From: Gammaproteobacteria bacterium
Lineage (GTDB): Bacteria; Pseudomonadota; Gammaproteobacteria; GCF-002020875
NCBI GenBank assembly: GCA_018648825.1
Contig: JABGQL010000076.1
Span: forward strand, 1 to 53,758
DNA length: 53,758 nucleotides
Reading direction: 5' to 3'
This document shows positions 10,654-21,204 of the stretch, piece after piece; the first letter of the stretch is position 1, and the number at the start of each line of letters is the position of its first letter. Position numbers and translations under genes: made by a program. The notes under the pieces were generated by a model. It was given only the letters and a program-made list of their open reading frames with translations. It was not told the origin of the DNA and made no database searches.

Positions 10654-10928
10654 CTGAAGTTTTCTACGAATTCTGAAATTCTACTTCATCCACCTTTAGC
10701 AAAAGATCAGTGGTAAATAGTGCGACGTAATAGGTTCTGCAATCGACCCAAACCACATGGGTCTTCTGTTGTTGACAAATGCAGGTGAAACTCGGAGACT
10801 TGGGCTTTGGTGAAGGGGACAATGGCGAGTTAACTGAGGAGCATGCATGCAGCGTGCGGGTAAGGGTACGAAGATCAGGCAACTCTGTTGACCATAATAA
10901 TGAATAATCGAAGAGAGGAATTTGAATA

Positions 10929-11945
10929 GTGAAAACTAAATGGACATGGGCCGCAGCAGCGGTCGCTGCAACATCGATGATGGCTAACGCGCAAGCCGGT
11001 ACGCTTGAGGGTGTGAAAAGCAAGGGGAAGCTGAGTTGCGGCGTGAGTACAGGTCTGGCGGGTTTTTCTCAAAAAGATGAGAAGGGTGGCTGGTCTGGTC
11101 TGGATGTTGATGTCTGTCGTGCCGTTGCAGCAGCCGTGTTAGGTGATGCGAATAAGGTGACCTACAAGCCGCTTACCGCAAAGGAGCGTTTCACCGCACT
11201 GCAGTCTGGTGAGATCGACATGCTCTCGCGTAACACCACATGGACGCATACCCGTGATACCTCACTGGGGCTGAACTTTGCGGGTACCATCTACTACGAT
11301 GGTGCAGGGTTCATGGTGAAAAAAGAGCTTGGCGTTAAGAGTGCGACGGAGCTGGATGGTGCAAATGCCTGTATTCAGGCGGGCACCTCGACCGAGCTGG
11401 CGATTGCGGACTATTTCCGTGAGAACAAGATGAAGTACAAGGCGGTCACCTTCGACACCTCGGACCAGACCCGTAGCGGTTTCGAGTCAGGCCGTTGTGA
11501 CTTCTTGGTTTCTGACCAGTCTCAGCTCTATGCACTGCGTATTGGTCTGAAGAACCCAGCAGCTTCGGTTGTACTGCCAGAGGTGATCTCTAAAGAGCCA
11601 CTAGGGCCGGTGGTACGTCAGGGTGACGATGCCTGGTTCAATGTCGTGAAGTGGTCTGTGAATGCGATGATTGAGGGGGAGTACCAGGGCGTTACCTCTG
11701 CAAATGCGGATGGGATGCGCGCCAATGGTAAGCCTGGACAGAAGCGTCTGCTCGGTAGTGAGGGTGATCTGGGCAACAAGCTCGGACTCTCTGATAAGTG
11801 GGCTTACAACATCATCAAGCAGGTCGGCAACTACTCTGAGTCGTTTGAGCGTAATGTGGGCCAGGGATCTCCACTGAAAATTTCCCGTGGTTTGAATGCG
11901 CAGTGGTCAGATGGCGGAATCCTCTACTCGCCAGCAATGCGTTAA
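10929..11945 (+). CDS. aapJ: General L-amino-acid ABC transporter substrate-binding protein (AapJ/BztA type)
   Basis: Signal peptide and a PBP family-3 fold sequence. It is followed by two long permeases and an ATPase in the aapJQMP order and sizes. Confidence 0.85.
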   Translation: MKTKWTWAAAAVAATSMMANAQAGTLEGVKSKGKLSCGVSTGLAGFSQKDEKGGWSGLDVDVCRAVAAAVLGDANKVTYKPLTAKERFTALQSGEIDMLSRNTTWTHTRDTSLGLNFAGTIYYDGAGFMVKKELGVKSATELDGANACIQAGTSTELAIADYFRENKMKYKAVTFDTSDQTRSGFESGRCDFLVSDQSQLYALRIGLKNPAASVVLPEVISKEPLGPVVRQGDDAWFNVVKWSVNAMIEGEYQGVTSANADGMRANGKPGQKRLLGSEGDLGNKLGLSDKWAYNIIKQVGNYSESFERNVGQGSPLKISRGLNAQWSDGGILYSPAMR

Positions 11946-11961
11946 TCGCACGAAGATGAAG

Positions 11962-11997
11962 ACCAAGGGGCCATCTCATGTGCCCCTTGGTTTTTTT
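11962..11997 (+). terminator. Intra-operon attenuating terminator after the binding-protein gene
   Basis: A 10-bp GC-rich stem (accaaggggc / gccccttggt) is followed by T7. Confidence 0.7.
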
Positions 11998-12041
11998 CTG
12001 CACGAATTAAATGCTCCTCTAGGTTCATAGGTTAAACCGCC

Positions 12042-13229
12042 ATGAATGTTCCACAGAATCAAGCTTCGACAAAGAAGGTTGCGTTCTTCAATAATCCGGC
12101 CAACCGCGCTGTTATTTATCAGGCGCTGTTAATGGTGGGCTTGGGCTATTTTTTCTATACCATCATCTCGAATACGCTGGCGAATATGGAGGCCAGAGGG
12201 ATCAAGAGTGGTTTTGACTTTTTGTGGGGAACCGCCGGTTTTGACATCTTGATGTCACTGATCCCTTATGAGCCGACAGATACCTATGGCAGAACCTTTA
12301 TCGTAGGGATGTTGAACACGGTTCTGGTCTCCAGCATCGGTATCGTCCTCTCTACCGTGGTGGGCTTTGTCATGGGGGTGGCCTACTTCTCCCATAACTG
12401 GTTGATCAGAAAAATTGCCACGGTTTATGTGGAGACCTTCCGCAATATTCCGCTGCTGCTACAGGTCTTCTTTTGGTATTTCGCGGTGCTCTCGGCACTA
12501 CCCAGTGCGCGACAGAGCCTTTCACTGGGAGAGGCGATCTTCCTCAATGTGCGTGGTCTCTATCTGCCTGATGCCGTTGGTGAGCCAGGTTCCGGTGTGG
12601 TGTATGCGGCGATAGCGGTCGCCATTGCGGCCATCGCCCTCCTGCGACGCTGGGCCAAGAGACGTCAGGCGCTGACGGGTAAGCAGTTTCCGCTGCTCTA
12701 TGCGACGTTGGGTCTATTGTTGGGGTTGCCACTGATTGCATTTCTGCTGATGGGGATGCCCTTCCATTGGGACTATCCCGCACTCAAAGGCTTTAATTTT
12801 CAGGGGGGGATCACCATCATTCCTGAATTGATGGCATTGGCTTTGGCCCTGACCATTTATGCCGGGGCCTTTATCGCAGAGGCGGTGCGGGCAGGCGTGC
12901 AGTCGGTGCCGCATGGTCAGACTGAGGCCGCGCGGAGTCTGGGGATGAAGGAGAAGCAGATCATGAATTTGATTGTGGTCCCTCAGGCGATGCGTGTGAT
13001 TACCCCGGTGCTCAATAGTGAGTACCAGAGTCTGGTGAAAAATTCGACGCTCTCTACCGCCATTGGGTATCCCGATCTGTTCACCGTATTTGTGGGCACT
13101 ACACTGAACCAGACTGGGCAGGCGATTGAGATTGTGTTTATGACCATGGCGGTCTACTTTGTATTCAATATGTTGATTTCAGTCGCCATGAATCTGTTCA
13201 ACAAGCGTGTGGCGCTGGTGACAAAGTAG
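12042..13229 (+). CDS. aapQ: Amino-acid ABC transporter permease (AapQ/BztB type)
   Basis: 395-aa polytopic membrane protein with the HisM/GlnP-type EAA loop (EAARSLGM). Confidence 0.85.
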   Translation: MNVPQNQASTKKVAFFNNPANRAVIYQALLMVGLGYFFYTIISNTLANMEARGIKSGFDFLWGTAGFDILMSLIPYEPTDTYGRTFIVGMLNTVLVSSIGIVLSTVVGFVMGVAYFSHNWLIRKIATVYVETFRNIPLLLQVFFWYFAVLSALPSARQSLSLGEAIFLNVRGLYLPDAVGEPGSGVVYAAIAVAIAAIALLRRWAKRRQALTGKQFPLLYATLGLLLGLPLIAFLLMGMPFHWDYPALKGFNFQGGITIIPELMALALALTIYAGAFIAEAVRAGVQSVPHGQTEAARSLGMKEKQIMNLIVVPQAMRVITPVLNSEYQSLVKNSTLSTAIGYPDLFTVFVGTTLNQTGQAIEIVFMTMAVYFVFNMLISVAMNLFNKRVALVTK

Positions 13230-14336
13230 ATGAATAAGCTGCAAACATTTACCCCCTCACCCGCACGGCCTGCGCCTGAAAACACAGTAGGCCCGGCGGT
13301 CTGGCTAAAAAATAACCTCTTCTCTACCCCACTTGATACCGTAGCTACGCTGCTGCTCGGTTATATTCTATTGACGATTTTGCCGGGGGTGATCGACTGG
13401 CTATTTCTGTCGGCAAACTGGACGGGTGACTCTCAAGATGCCTGCGTCAATGACGGTGCCTGCTGGGTGTTTGTCAGTGCCTGGTCGCAGCAGTTCTTTT
13501 ATGGCAGCTATCCAACCGATGAGCTGTGGCGGGTCAACCTGAGCATCGCCATGCTGGTGGTGATCATCGCCGCCTCCTACCAGTTTGAGAAAGGGGTGCG
13601 TGAGAAAATTATCATCCCGCTGTTCTTGCTGCTGCCCGTTATATCGATTGCCATTCTGGATGGGAGCTATCTGGGGCTGGAGCGGGTCAGTACTGACCTG
13701 TGGGGTGGCTTCTCATTGAATGTACTGCTCGCAGCCGCAAGTATTATTGTGGCGTTCCCGCTGGGCTTTATCTGGGCCTTGGGGCGACGTTCGCACATGC
13801 CCTTTGCGCGCAGTATCAGCATCATCTTGATTGAATTTTTCCGTGGCGTACCGGTGTTGGCGCTGTTCTTTATGGGGTCGGTGATGTTGCCCCTCTTCTT
13901 TCCCGAGGGAACCAGTGTGGATAAGCTGGTCCGTGTCTGGATCGTGCTGATTCTGTTTATGGCGGGTTATATGGCCGAGGTGTTCCGTGGCGGCTTTAAT
14001 GCCATCCCACAAGGTCAATACGAGGCCGCCGATTCACTGGGGCTGAGCTACTGGCAGAAGACCGTGTTGATCATTCTGCCGCAGGTGATCAAGGTCTCTA
14101 TGCCCAATATTCTGGCAACCTTTGTCATGCTGTTCAAGAACACCACCTTCTTGCTGATCATTGGCATTTTCGAAATGTTAAGCACCACGCAGACTGCGCT
14201 CAGCAATTCACGCTGGTTGGGAGGGCATGCTGAAGAGGGCTATATCTTTGTTGCCGTTGTGTTCTGGACGGTCTGCTTTAGCATGTCGATGATCGCCACC
14301 AATATCGAACGTAAGCTGAATACGGATCATCAATGA
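13230..14336 (+). CDS. aapM: Amino-acid ABC transporter permease (AapM/BztC type)
   Basis: 368-aa polytopic protein with an EAA loop ([12 protein letters not shown]). It starts immediately after the aapQ stop. Confidence 0.85.
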   Translation: MNKLQTFTPSPARPAPENTVGPAVWLKNNLFSTPLDTVATLLLGYILLTILPGVIDWLFLSANWTGDSQDACVNDGACWVFVSAWSQQFFYGSYPTDELWRVNLSIAMLVVIIAASYQFEKGVREKIIIPLFLLLPVISIAILDGSYLGLERVSTDLWGGFSLNVLLAAASIIVAFPLGFIWALGRRSHMPFARSISIILIEFFRGVPVLALFFMGSVMLPLFFPEGTSVDKLVRVWIVLILFMAGYMAEVFRGGFNAIPQGQYEAADSLGLSYWQKTVLIILPQVIKVSMPNILATFVMLFKNTTFLLIIGIFEMLSTTQTALSNSRWLGGHAEEGYIFVAVVFWTVCFSMSMIATNIERKLNTDHQ

Positions 14337-14349
14337 ATCGGAATTTGAT

Positions 14350-15120
14350 ATGACCAATAACCCAGTCAATCGGCTTAAGACCGATGAAGAGATCATCACC
14401 ATTTCGGGTCTGAATAAATGGTATGGGGATTTTCACGTACTCAAAGATATTGATCTGACGGTCAAGCAAGGGGAGCGTATCGTCATCTGTGGCCCTTCCG
14501 GGTCGGGAAAGTCGACACTGATTCGCTGCATCAACCGCCTGGAGGAGTTTCAACAGGGGTCACTGGTGGTGGATGGCACCGAGCTGATTGAGGATGTGAA
14601 GAACATTGAGACGGTGCGTCGTGAAGTGGGCATGGTGTTCCAGCACTTCAACCTGTTTCCCCACCTGAGTATCCTGGAGAATCTTACCCTTGGCCCCATC
14701 TGGGTGCAGAAGATGCCCAAGGCAGAGGCGGAAGCGGTTGCGATGAAATATCTGGAGCGTGTAAAGATTCCAGATCAGGCGAACAAGTATCCCGGTCAGC
14801 TCTCTGGCGGGCAGCAGCAGCGTGTGGCGATTGCCCGTTCGTTATGTATGAGTCCGAAAATTATGTTGTTTGATGAGCCCACCTCGGCGCTTGATCCAGA
14901 GATGATCAAGGAGGTGCTTGATGTGATGATTGAGCTGGCGGAGGAGGGGATGACCATGCTCTGTGTGACCCATGAGATGGGGTTTGCGAAGAAGGTGGCG
15001 GATCGTGTGATCTTTATGGATGCGGGTGAGATTGTTGAGCAGAATACGCCGCATGAGTTCTTTGACAGCCCTCAGGTGGACCGTACGCAGCAGTTCCTGC
15101 AGCAGATTTTGAATCATTGA
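14350..15120 (+). CDS. aapP: Amino-acid ABC transporter ATP-binding protein
   Basis: Walker A (GPSGSGKST), signature (LSGGQQQR) and Walker B ([11 protein letters not shown]). Confidence 0.92.
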   Translation: MTNNPVNRLKTDEEIITISGLNKWYGDFHVLKDIDLTVKQGERIVICGPSGSGKSTLIRCINRLEEFQQGSLVVDGTELIEDVKNIETVRREVGMVFQHFNLFPHLSILENLTLGPIWVQKMPKAEAEAVAMKYLERVKIPDQANKYPGQLSGGQQQRVAIARSLCMSPKIMLFDEPTSALDPEMIKEVLDVMIELAEEGMTMLCVTHEMGFAKKVADRVIFMDAGEIVEQNTPHEFFDSPQVDRTQQFLQQILNH

Positions 15121-15154
15121 TTGAGGGGGCTTGGATTACGATTCTGATCTGACT

Positions 15155-17377
15155 CTAGGCCGGTTCCAGCTTGGCATAACTGGCCACCAGCCACTTGGTT
15201 CCTGCCTCTGGAAAGTGAATCTGTATCCGCGCCTGTGGACCACTCCCCTCCAACATCAACACAGTACCTTCACCAAACTTGGCATGGCGCACCTGTTGCC
15301 CCGGATGCAGCCCGGTTCCAGAGTCCTCCACAATACGGGAGCGGCTCTGGTTGGTGTAGGTGGCGGAGTGGCTGCTGACGGGGCGGGAGATGGTAGAGCG
15401 AATCCGCACCTCCTGTAGTAGCTCACTTGGAATCTCTTTGATAAAGCGGGAGACTCTTGGGTAGTGCTCTTTGCCGTAGAGGCGGCGGCTTTCAGCATGG
15501 GTTAGGGTTAATTTTTCACGAGCACGAGTAATCCCCACATAGCAGAGGCGGCGCTCCTCCTCTAGGCGTTCTGGGTCATTGGCAGACATACTGTGAGGGA
15601 ACAGCCCCTCCTCCATGCCACTCAAGAAGACCTGTGGAAACTCCAGCCCCTTGGCACTGTGTAGGGTCATCAGCTGAACGCAGTCCTCCCACTCATCGCC
15701 TTGGGTATCACCCGCCTCTAGAGCGGCCTGTGAGAGGAACTCATCCAGTATATTAAGGGACTCCTCCATCACCGAATCCTCTTGGGGGGCAAACTGCCCC
15801 GCAGCGGTGACCAGCTCCTCCAGATTTTCTACCCGTCCTTGAGCCTTATCCCCTTTCTGTTTTTTGAAGTGATCGAGCAGGGTGGAGTGTTCCAGAGCAA
15901 TCACCACCTGCTCTTTTAGCGTTTTATCGGTCGCTGCGTGGCTCATCATCTCAATCAGCTGGAGGAAGTTACGCAGTGCATTACGCGCACGTGCAGCCAG
16001 CAGTTCCCCTTCGCTCTGTTCGGTCGCCGCCTGCCACATGGAGATGCCAGCGCCACGGGCATGTTCCCGTACCACCTCAACGGTGCGGTCTCCAATCCCA
16101 CGTGTGGGTGTATTGACCGCCCGCTCAAAGGCGGCATCATTATGGGGGTGGGCCATCAGCCGTAGATAGGCGAGCGCATCCTTGATCTCTGCACGCTCGA
16201 AGAAGCGCAGTCCACCGTAGATACGGTAGGGGATGTTGGCACTGAGTAGCGCCTCCTCCAGTACACGGGACTGGGCGTTGGAGCGGTAGAGGATGGCGTT
16301 CTCTTCCCGTTTACCCCCCTTGTCGACCCAGAACTGAATCTGTTCGGCGATAAAACGGGCTTCATCCAGATCATTGAAGGCGGCGTAGAGTTGGATTGGC
16401 TCGCCGTCACTATCTTCGGTCCATAGCTCTTTGCCGAGTCGTCCGGGGTTATTGTCGATCAGTGCATTGGCAGCATTAAGAATGTTTCCTGTAGAGCGGT
16501 AGTTCTGCTCCAGTTTTTGCGTCTCAACATCAGCAAAGTCACGGGTGAAGCTACGGATGTTCTCTACTTGAGCTCCGCGCCAGCCGTAGACGGATTGGTC
16601 GTCGTCCCCCACGACAAAGATACTCCCCTTGTCGCCAGTTAATAGCCGTAGCCAAGCGTATTGAATGGTGTTGGTGTCCTGAAATTCATCTACCAGCAGG
16701 TGGCTGAAACGGTTGCGATAGTGAGCCAGTAGCTCTGGATTATTGAGCCACATCTCATGGGCACGTAGCAGTAGTTCTGCAAAATCGACCAACCCACCGC
16801 GTTCGCAAGCGGCCTCATAAGAGAGGTAGATCTGTACCATCTGGGTTAACCAGAAGTCGTTTTCGGGGTCGATCTGTCCGGCACGTAGCCCTTTGTCTTT
16901 CTGTTCGTTGATAAACCAGTGGGCTTGCTTGGGGGGCCAGCGCTCCTCATCAAGGTTCATCCCTTTGATCAGGCGGCGGATCAGACGTAACTGATCTTCG
17001 CTATCGAGGATTTGAAAATTCTGCGGCAGCTTGGCCTCTTGCCAGTGGCTGCGTAGCAGGCGGTGGGCGAGACCGTGGAAGGTGCCGACCCAGAGTTTTC
17101 CCGTGGGCATATTGAGTAGCGTTTCGATGCGCCCCTTCATCTCCTTTGCGGCCTTGTTGGTGAAGGTGACGGCTAGGATTGACCAAGGGGATACCTGTTC
17201 CGCTTCGATCAACCAGGCTATGCGGTGTACCAGTACCCGGGTTTTTCCGCTGCCTGCTCCTGCGAGCACTAGGGTGTTGCGTGAATTGGCGGTGACGGCT
17301 TGGCGTTGGGCTTGGTTGAGGGGGGCTATGATTTCTGTGATGTCTTCCATCTTTCCGGGGTCAGTTCTAACTTTCAA
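15155..17377 (-). CDS. uvrD: DNA helicase II UvrD
   Basis: SF1 helicase motifs (AGAGSGKT, DEFQDTN, VGDDDQSIY-like, TLHSAKGLEF) and a UvrD-type C-terminal extension. Confidence 0.92.
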   Translation of the reverse strand: MKVRTDPGKMEDITEIIAPLNQAQRQAVTANSRNTLVLAGAGSGKTRVLVHRIAWLIEAEQVSPWSILAVTFTNKAAKEMKGRIETLLNMPTGKLWVGTFHGLAHRLLRSHWQEAKLPQNFQILDSEDQLRLIRRLIKGMNLDEERWPPKQAHWFINEQKDKGLRAGQIDPENDFWLTQMVQIYLSYEAACERGGLVDFAELLLRAHEMWLNNPELLAHYRNRFSHLLVDEFQDTNTIQYAWLRLLTGDKGSIFVVGDDDQSVYGWRGAQVENIRSFTRDFADVETQKLEQNYRSTGNILNAANALIDNNPGRLGKELWTEDSDGEPIQLYAAFNDLDEARFIAEQIQFWVDKGGKREENAILYRSNAQSRVLEEALLSANIPYRIYGGLRFFERAEIKDALAYLRLMAHPHNDAAFERAVNTPTRGIGDRTVEVVREHARGAGISMWQAATEQSEGELLAARARNALRNFLQLIEMMSHAATDKTLKEQVVIALEHSTLLDHFKKQKGDKAQGRVENLEELVTAAGQFAPQEDSVMEESLNILDEFLSQAALEAGDTQGDEWEDCVQLMTLHSAKGLEFPQVFLSGMEEGLFPHSMSANDPERLEEERRLCYVGITRAREKLTLTHAESRRLYGKEHYPRVSRFIKEIPSELLQEVRIRSTISRPVSSHSATYTNQSRSRIVEDSGTGLHPGQQVRHAKFGEGTVLMLEGSGPQARIQIHFPEAGTKWLVASYAKLEPA

Positions 17378-17407
17378 GTAGTTGATGTATGTTTGATGAG
17401 CTGTAGT

Positions 17408-18070
17408 TTAACGGTGGGGCGGTGTGTATGCGAGCGCCCAGAGATCAATCTTTGCAGCCCCTGCTTTTTTTGCGGCAGCAGCTACAGCAAGTAGGGTGCT
17501 GCCGGTAGTGATCACATCATCAAACAGAGCAACATGAACGCCTTGCAGAGAGCGGTTGATCTGGAAGGCCTGTTTCAGATTCTGTTTACGGGCGCTGGCA
17601 TGAAGCGAGGTTTGCGCAGAGGTGGCACGGATTCGCCTGCAGTGGGTGCGATCTAACGGGATCTGTAGCCGTTTTGCGGGTTGTTTGATGATCTCCAGCG
17701 CTTGGTTGAAACCCCGCTCCTGTAGCCGTTTCTTATGCAGGGGGACAGGAATGATGAGGTCTGGTTTTATAAAGTCGTGCTGTTGTAGGTGAGCCTCAAA
17801 CAGTAGTCCAAACAGACGGGCGTAGTGGAGCTTGTGGTCAAACTTGAGTTGATGGATGAGCGGGGAGAGAGGCTTCTTGTAGAAGAAGGGGATGATGATC
17901 TGGTTCCAGTGCCTGTCGTTGTGCAGCTCCAGTGGCGGGTGTATTAACTGGGGTAGCTTGGGTCTGCAGCTGTTGCAGAGGGCGACCTCCCCCATTACGG
18001 GCTGCTTGCAGAGTGCGCACGGCTCTGATGGCATCCAGCGTTGCAGTTGCTTGTAAACTTTTTCTAGCAC
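17408..18070 (-). CDS. comF: ComF/GntX-family phosphoribosyltransferase-domain protein
   Basis: N-terminal CxxC...CxxC zinc ribbon and a C-terminal PRTase motif (LFDDVITTGST). It is divergent from the bio genes, as gntX is in E. coli. Confidence 0.8.
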   Translation of the reverse strand: MLEKVYKQLQRWMPSEPCALCKQPVMGEVALCNSCRPKLPQLIHPPLELHNDRHWNQIIIPFFYKKPLSPLIHQLKFDHKLHYARLFGLLFEAHLQQHDFIKPDLIIPVPLHKKRLQERGFNQALEIIKQPAKRLQIPLDRTHCRRIRATSAQTSLHASARKQNLKQAFQINRSLQGVHVALFDDVITTGSTLLAVAAAAKKAGAAKIDLWALAYTPPHR

Positions 18071-18138
18071 AATTGGTTGACAGTAGTTTTAGGAGCAGTA
18101 GGATGCTGTTTTCTATTTATCTTATGTAGAGTATACCG

Positions 18139-19125
18139 ATGAGTGAGACTGCAGAACTGCGAAATGATTGGAAACTGGAAGAGGTGGAGACGCTATTTGA
18201 CCTCCCCTTTAATGATCTGATTTTTCAGGCTCAGACCATCCACCGTATGACCTTTGACCCCAACAAGGTGCAGGTCAGTACCTTGATGAGTATCAAGACG
18301 GGTGGCTGCTCCGAAGACTGTAGTTACTGTTCGCAGAGCGCTCGCAACAGTACCGATCTGGAGCGGGAGAAGTTGGCTGAGGTGAGTGCGGTGTTAGAGG
18401 CGGCGCGTGAGGCGAAGCGTTCTGGCTCTTCACGCTTCTGTATGGGGGCCGCATGGCGCAACCCAAAGAGTAAGGATATGGAGCGGCTGTTGACCATGGT
18501 CAGTGGGGTCAAGGCACTGGGGATGGAGACCTGCATGACGCTGGGGATGCTTACGGACCACCAAGCGCAGAAGCTGAAGAAGGCGGGTCTGGATTACTAC
18601 AACCATAATCTGGATACCTCGGAGGCCTATTATGGTGAGGTGGTTACTACGCGCACCTATCAGGATCGTCTGGATACGTTGGAGCATGTGCGCGATGCGG
18701 GGCTGAATATTTGTAGTGGTGGGATTGTGGGGATGGGTGAGTCACGTCAGGACCGTGCGGGGTTGTTGGCGACACTGGCGAACCTGCCGAAGCAGCCAGA
18801 TAGTGTGCCGATTAATCGTCTGGTGAAGGTGGCGGGTACACCGTTGGATGATATGGAATCACTGGAGGAGCTGGACCCGTTGGAGTTTGTGCGCACGATT
18901 GCGGTGGCGCGGATTTTGATGCCGAAGTCCTGGGTGCGGTTGTCGGCAGGACGGGAGTCGATGAGTGAGGAGCTGCAGGCGCTCTGTTTTGCCTCTGGGG
19001 CAAACTCTATTTTCTCTGGTGAGCAGTTGTTGACTACACCGAATGCGGGAGAGGAGAGCGATGCCTCTCTGTTTGCTAAGTTGGGGTTGGAGGCGTTGGC
19101 TGGAGAGGAGGTGGTGTTGGGGTAG
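18139..19125 (+). CDS. bioB: Biotin synthase
   Basis: Radical-SAM CxxxCxxC motif (CSEDCSYC) and conserved BioB blocks. Confidence 0.95.
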   Translation: MSETAELRNDWKLEEVETLFDLPFNDLIFQAQTIHRMTFDPNKVQVSTLMSIKTGGCSEDCSYCSQSARNSTDLEREKLAEVSAVLEAAREAKRSGSSRFCMGAAWRNPKSKDMERLLTMVSGVKALGMETCMTLGMLTDHQAQKLKKAGLDYYNHNLDTSEAYYGEVVTTRTYQDRLDTLEHVRDAGLNICSGGIVGMGESRQDRAGLLATLANLPKQPDSVPINRLVKVAGTPLDDMESLEELDPLEFVRTIAVARILMPKSWVRLSAGRESMSEELQALCFASGANSIFSGEQLLTTPNAGEESDASLFAKLGLEALAGEEVVLG

Positions 19126-19136
19126 GGTGTGGAACG

Positions 19137-19304
19137 GTGATCAGAATATCTTCTCTCCATCGGGTGATCGCTTCTCTCTTCACCACTGCTCCATTTTTCA
19201 GCGCCTGTTCAAACTCGCTACGCTCAGACAAGAACAGGCTCTTCTCTGAAAAGTGGAGCAGTGGTGAAGCGCGATCAACTCAGTCAAGAAGATATTCTGA
19301 TCAC
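19137..19304. repeat. 168-bp imperfect palindrome (long hairpin, MITE/REP-like) between bioB and bioF
   Basis: The outer 18-bp arms are perfect (gtgatcagaatatcttct / agaagatattctgatcac). The inner 24-bp arms match 23/24 (cttcaccactgctccatttttcag / ctgaaaagtggagcagtggtgaag). A central 8-bp stem is also present (gcctgttc / gaacaggc). Confidence 0.75.
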
Positions 19305-19330
19305 TACAACCTCCTCCATGGGTTTGAATT

Positions 19331-20479
19331 ATGAGTATCGATCACTTATTACTGTCTGAATTAGATAAGCGTAGAGCGCAATCGCTCTACCGTCAGCGTC
19401 GTGTGCTCTCTTCTCCACAAGATGTAGAGGTGGAGATAGATGGCGAGCGCTACCTCTCATTCAGTAGTAATGACTATCTGGGGTTGGCGAACCATCCTGA
19501 GATTGTTGAGGCATTCCAACAGGGGCTATCGCGTTGGGGTACAGGGAGTGGTGCAGCGCACCTGATCACGGGGCATAGTGCCGCACATCATGCGCTGGAG
19601 GAGGAGTTAGCGGAGTTCTTGGGCTACCCTCGTGTGCTGTTGTTCAGCTCTGGTTATCAGGCCAATCTGGGTATACATCAGGCGCTGTTGGGACGTAAGG
19701 ACCGCACTGTTCATGACCGTTTGAATCACGCCTCACTGCTGGACGGGGCCAAGCTCTCTGGGGCCAAGTTGTTGCGCTATGCACACAGTGATATGAATGC
19801 TCTGGAGGGGCGGTTGGCTGACCCTGCTTCAGGTCGTACCCTGGTGGTGACGGATGGGGTCTTTAGTATGGATGGAGATACCGCCCCCCTTGCGGCAATT
19901 GCTAATGAGTGTCGCTGTGGTGGTGCGAGCTTGATGGTGGATGATGCACACGGGGTGGGGGTGCATGGCCCACAAGGGCGCGGTACCGTGGCGAAGTTTG
20001 AGTTGGGTCCGGCAGAGGTGCCGATCTTGATGGGTACCTTGGGGAAGGCGTTTGGGGTCTCCGGTGCCTTTGTCGCAGGCAGTGAAGCGTTGATTGAGAC
20101 CTTGATTCAGCAGGCACGTACCTATATCTACACCACGGCGACACCTCCGGCTCAGGCAGAGGCGACACGCAAGGCGCTACAGTTGGTGAAGGCAGGTGAT
20201 GAGCGGCGTGAGTGGTTACAGCAGTTGATTGGCCATTTTCGCAGAGGGGCGCAGCAGCTTGGGTTGAGTTTGATGAACTCTGCTACGCCGATTCAACCGC
20301 TGCTGATTGGGGAGTCTGCGGATGCTGTACGACTCTCCGAGCGGCTACAGAAGAGCGGGATACTGGTCGCGCCCATTCGTCCACCAACGGTAGCGGAGGG
20401 GAGTGCGCGGTTACGTATCACCCTCTCTGCAAACCACAGCATGGCGCAGCTGGATCGGCTTTTGGAGGCGCTGCAATGA
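19331..20479 (+). CDS. bioF: 8-amino-7-oxononanoate synthase
   Basis: PLP-dependent acyl-CoA transferase family with the GTLGKA lysine motif. Positioned in the bio operon. Confidence 0.92.
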   Translation: MSIDHLLLSELDKRRAQSLYRQRRVLSSPQDVEVEIDGERYLSFSSNDYLGLANHPEIVEAFQQGLSRWGTGSGAAHLITGHSAAHHALEEELAEFLGYPRVLLFSSGYQANLGIHQALLGRKDRTVHDRLNHASLLDGAKLSGAKLLRYAHSDMNALEGRLADPASGRTLVVTDGVFSMDGDTAPLAAIANECRCGGASLMVDDAHGVGVHGPQGRGTVAKFELGPAEVPILMGTLGKAFGVSGAFVAGSEALIETLIQQARTYIYTTATPPAQAEATRKALQLVKAGDERREWLQQLIGHFRRGAQQLGLSLMNSATPIQPLLIGESADAVRLSERLQKSGILVAPIRPPTVAEGSARLRITLSANHSMAQLDRLLEALQ

Positions 20480-21204
20480 GACAGAATTTGGTATTAATTC
20501 ATGGCTGGGGCTTTAATGGTTCTGTGTGGAATTCACTGCTGCCTCAGCTGGAGCAGACCTTTGAGGTGACGGTGGTGGATCTTGCAGGATATCGGGAGCG
20601 TCCCCTTTTGGAGTCGATGACTCTCTCTGCCATGGTTGAGGATGTTGCCGCTCAGGTGCCGCAGCGGGCAATCTGGTTAGGCTGGTCACTGGGGGGGCAG
20701 GTTGCGCTGCAGGCAGCACAGGAGATGCCTGAGCGAATTTCAAAATTGATACTGGTTGGAGCAACTCCCCGTTTTGTGCAGGGGGGAGGGTGGCGCAGTG
20801 CGATCAAACAGAAGGTGCTGGGTGACTTTGCCGCAGCGTTGATTCGATCACGGGAGACCACCATTGGGCGTTTTCTGACCCTGCAGATGTTGGGGGTGCA
20901 GGGTGCCAAAGCACTACTTAAAGAGCTGAAGCACTCTCTGGCTGAGGCGCCGCAGGCAGGTACACTGGAGGCAGGGCTGGAGATTTTGCAGCAGAGTGAC
21001 TTTCGTCCACAACTGCAGCAGATTCAGCAACCCACCCGCTGGATTATGGGTGCGCGAGATCAGTTAGTTCCCGTAGAGGCGGGAGAAGCCGCCGCAACAG
21101 CAATGCCTCACGCGGCTGCGGTGGTGATTGAAGGGGCAGGGCATGCCCCCTTTCTCAGCCATCCAGCCCGCTTTATTGAAGAGGTGACCCGTTTTGCCAG
21201 ATAA
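20476..21204 (+). CDS. bioH: Pimeloyl-ACP methyl ester carboxylesterase
   Basis: Alpha/beta hydrolase (HGWG, GWSLGG nucleophile elbow). The ATG at 20476 overlaps the bioF stop (ATGA). The ORF-track start at 20212 lies inside bioF. Confidence 0.82.
   Translation: MRQNLVLIHGWGFNGSVWNSLLPQLEQTFEVTVVDLAGYRERPLLESMTLSAMVEDVAAQVPQRAIWLGWSLGGQVALQAAQEMPERISKLILVGATPRFVQGGGWRSAIKQKVLGDFAAALIRSRETTIGRFLTLQMLGVQGAKALLKELKHSLAEAPQAGTLEAGLEILQQSDFRPQLQQIQQPTRWIMGARDQLVPVEAGEAAATAMPHAAAVVIEGAGHAPFLSHPARFIEEVTRFAR

Noticed and set aside
10664-11072. Minus-strand ORFs of 119 aa and 65 aa overlapping the aapJ start
   Set aside because: They overlap a confident gene, have Cys/Ser/His-rich odd composition, and show no translation signals.
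18040-18138. BirA/bioO operator in the comF-bioB divergent region
   Set aside because: Only one TTGTAAAC half-site is seen, with no matching inverted GTTTACAA partner at a plausible spacing.
19137-19334. 65-aa ORF between bioB and bioF
   Set aside because: It coincides exactly with the 168-bp palindrome. The open frame is most simply a by-product of the repeat, and no RBS is present.
20212-20475. N-terminal extension of the bioH ORF
   Set aside because: It lies inside bioF in another frame. The ATG at 20476 forms an ATGA overlap with the bioF stop and gives a normal-length alpha/beta hydrolase.
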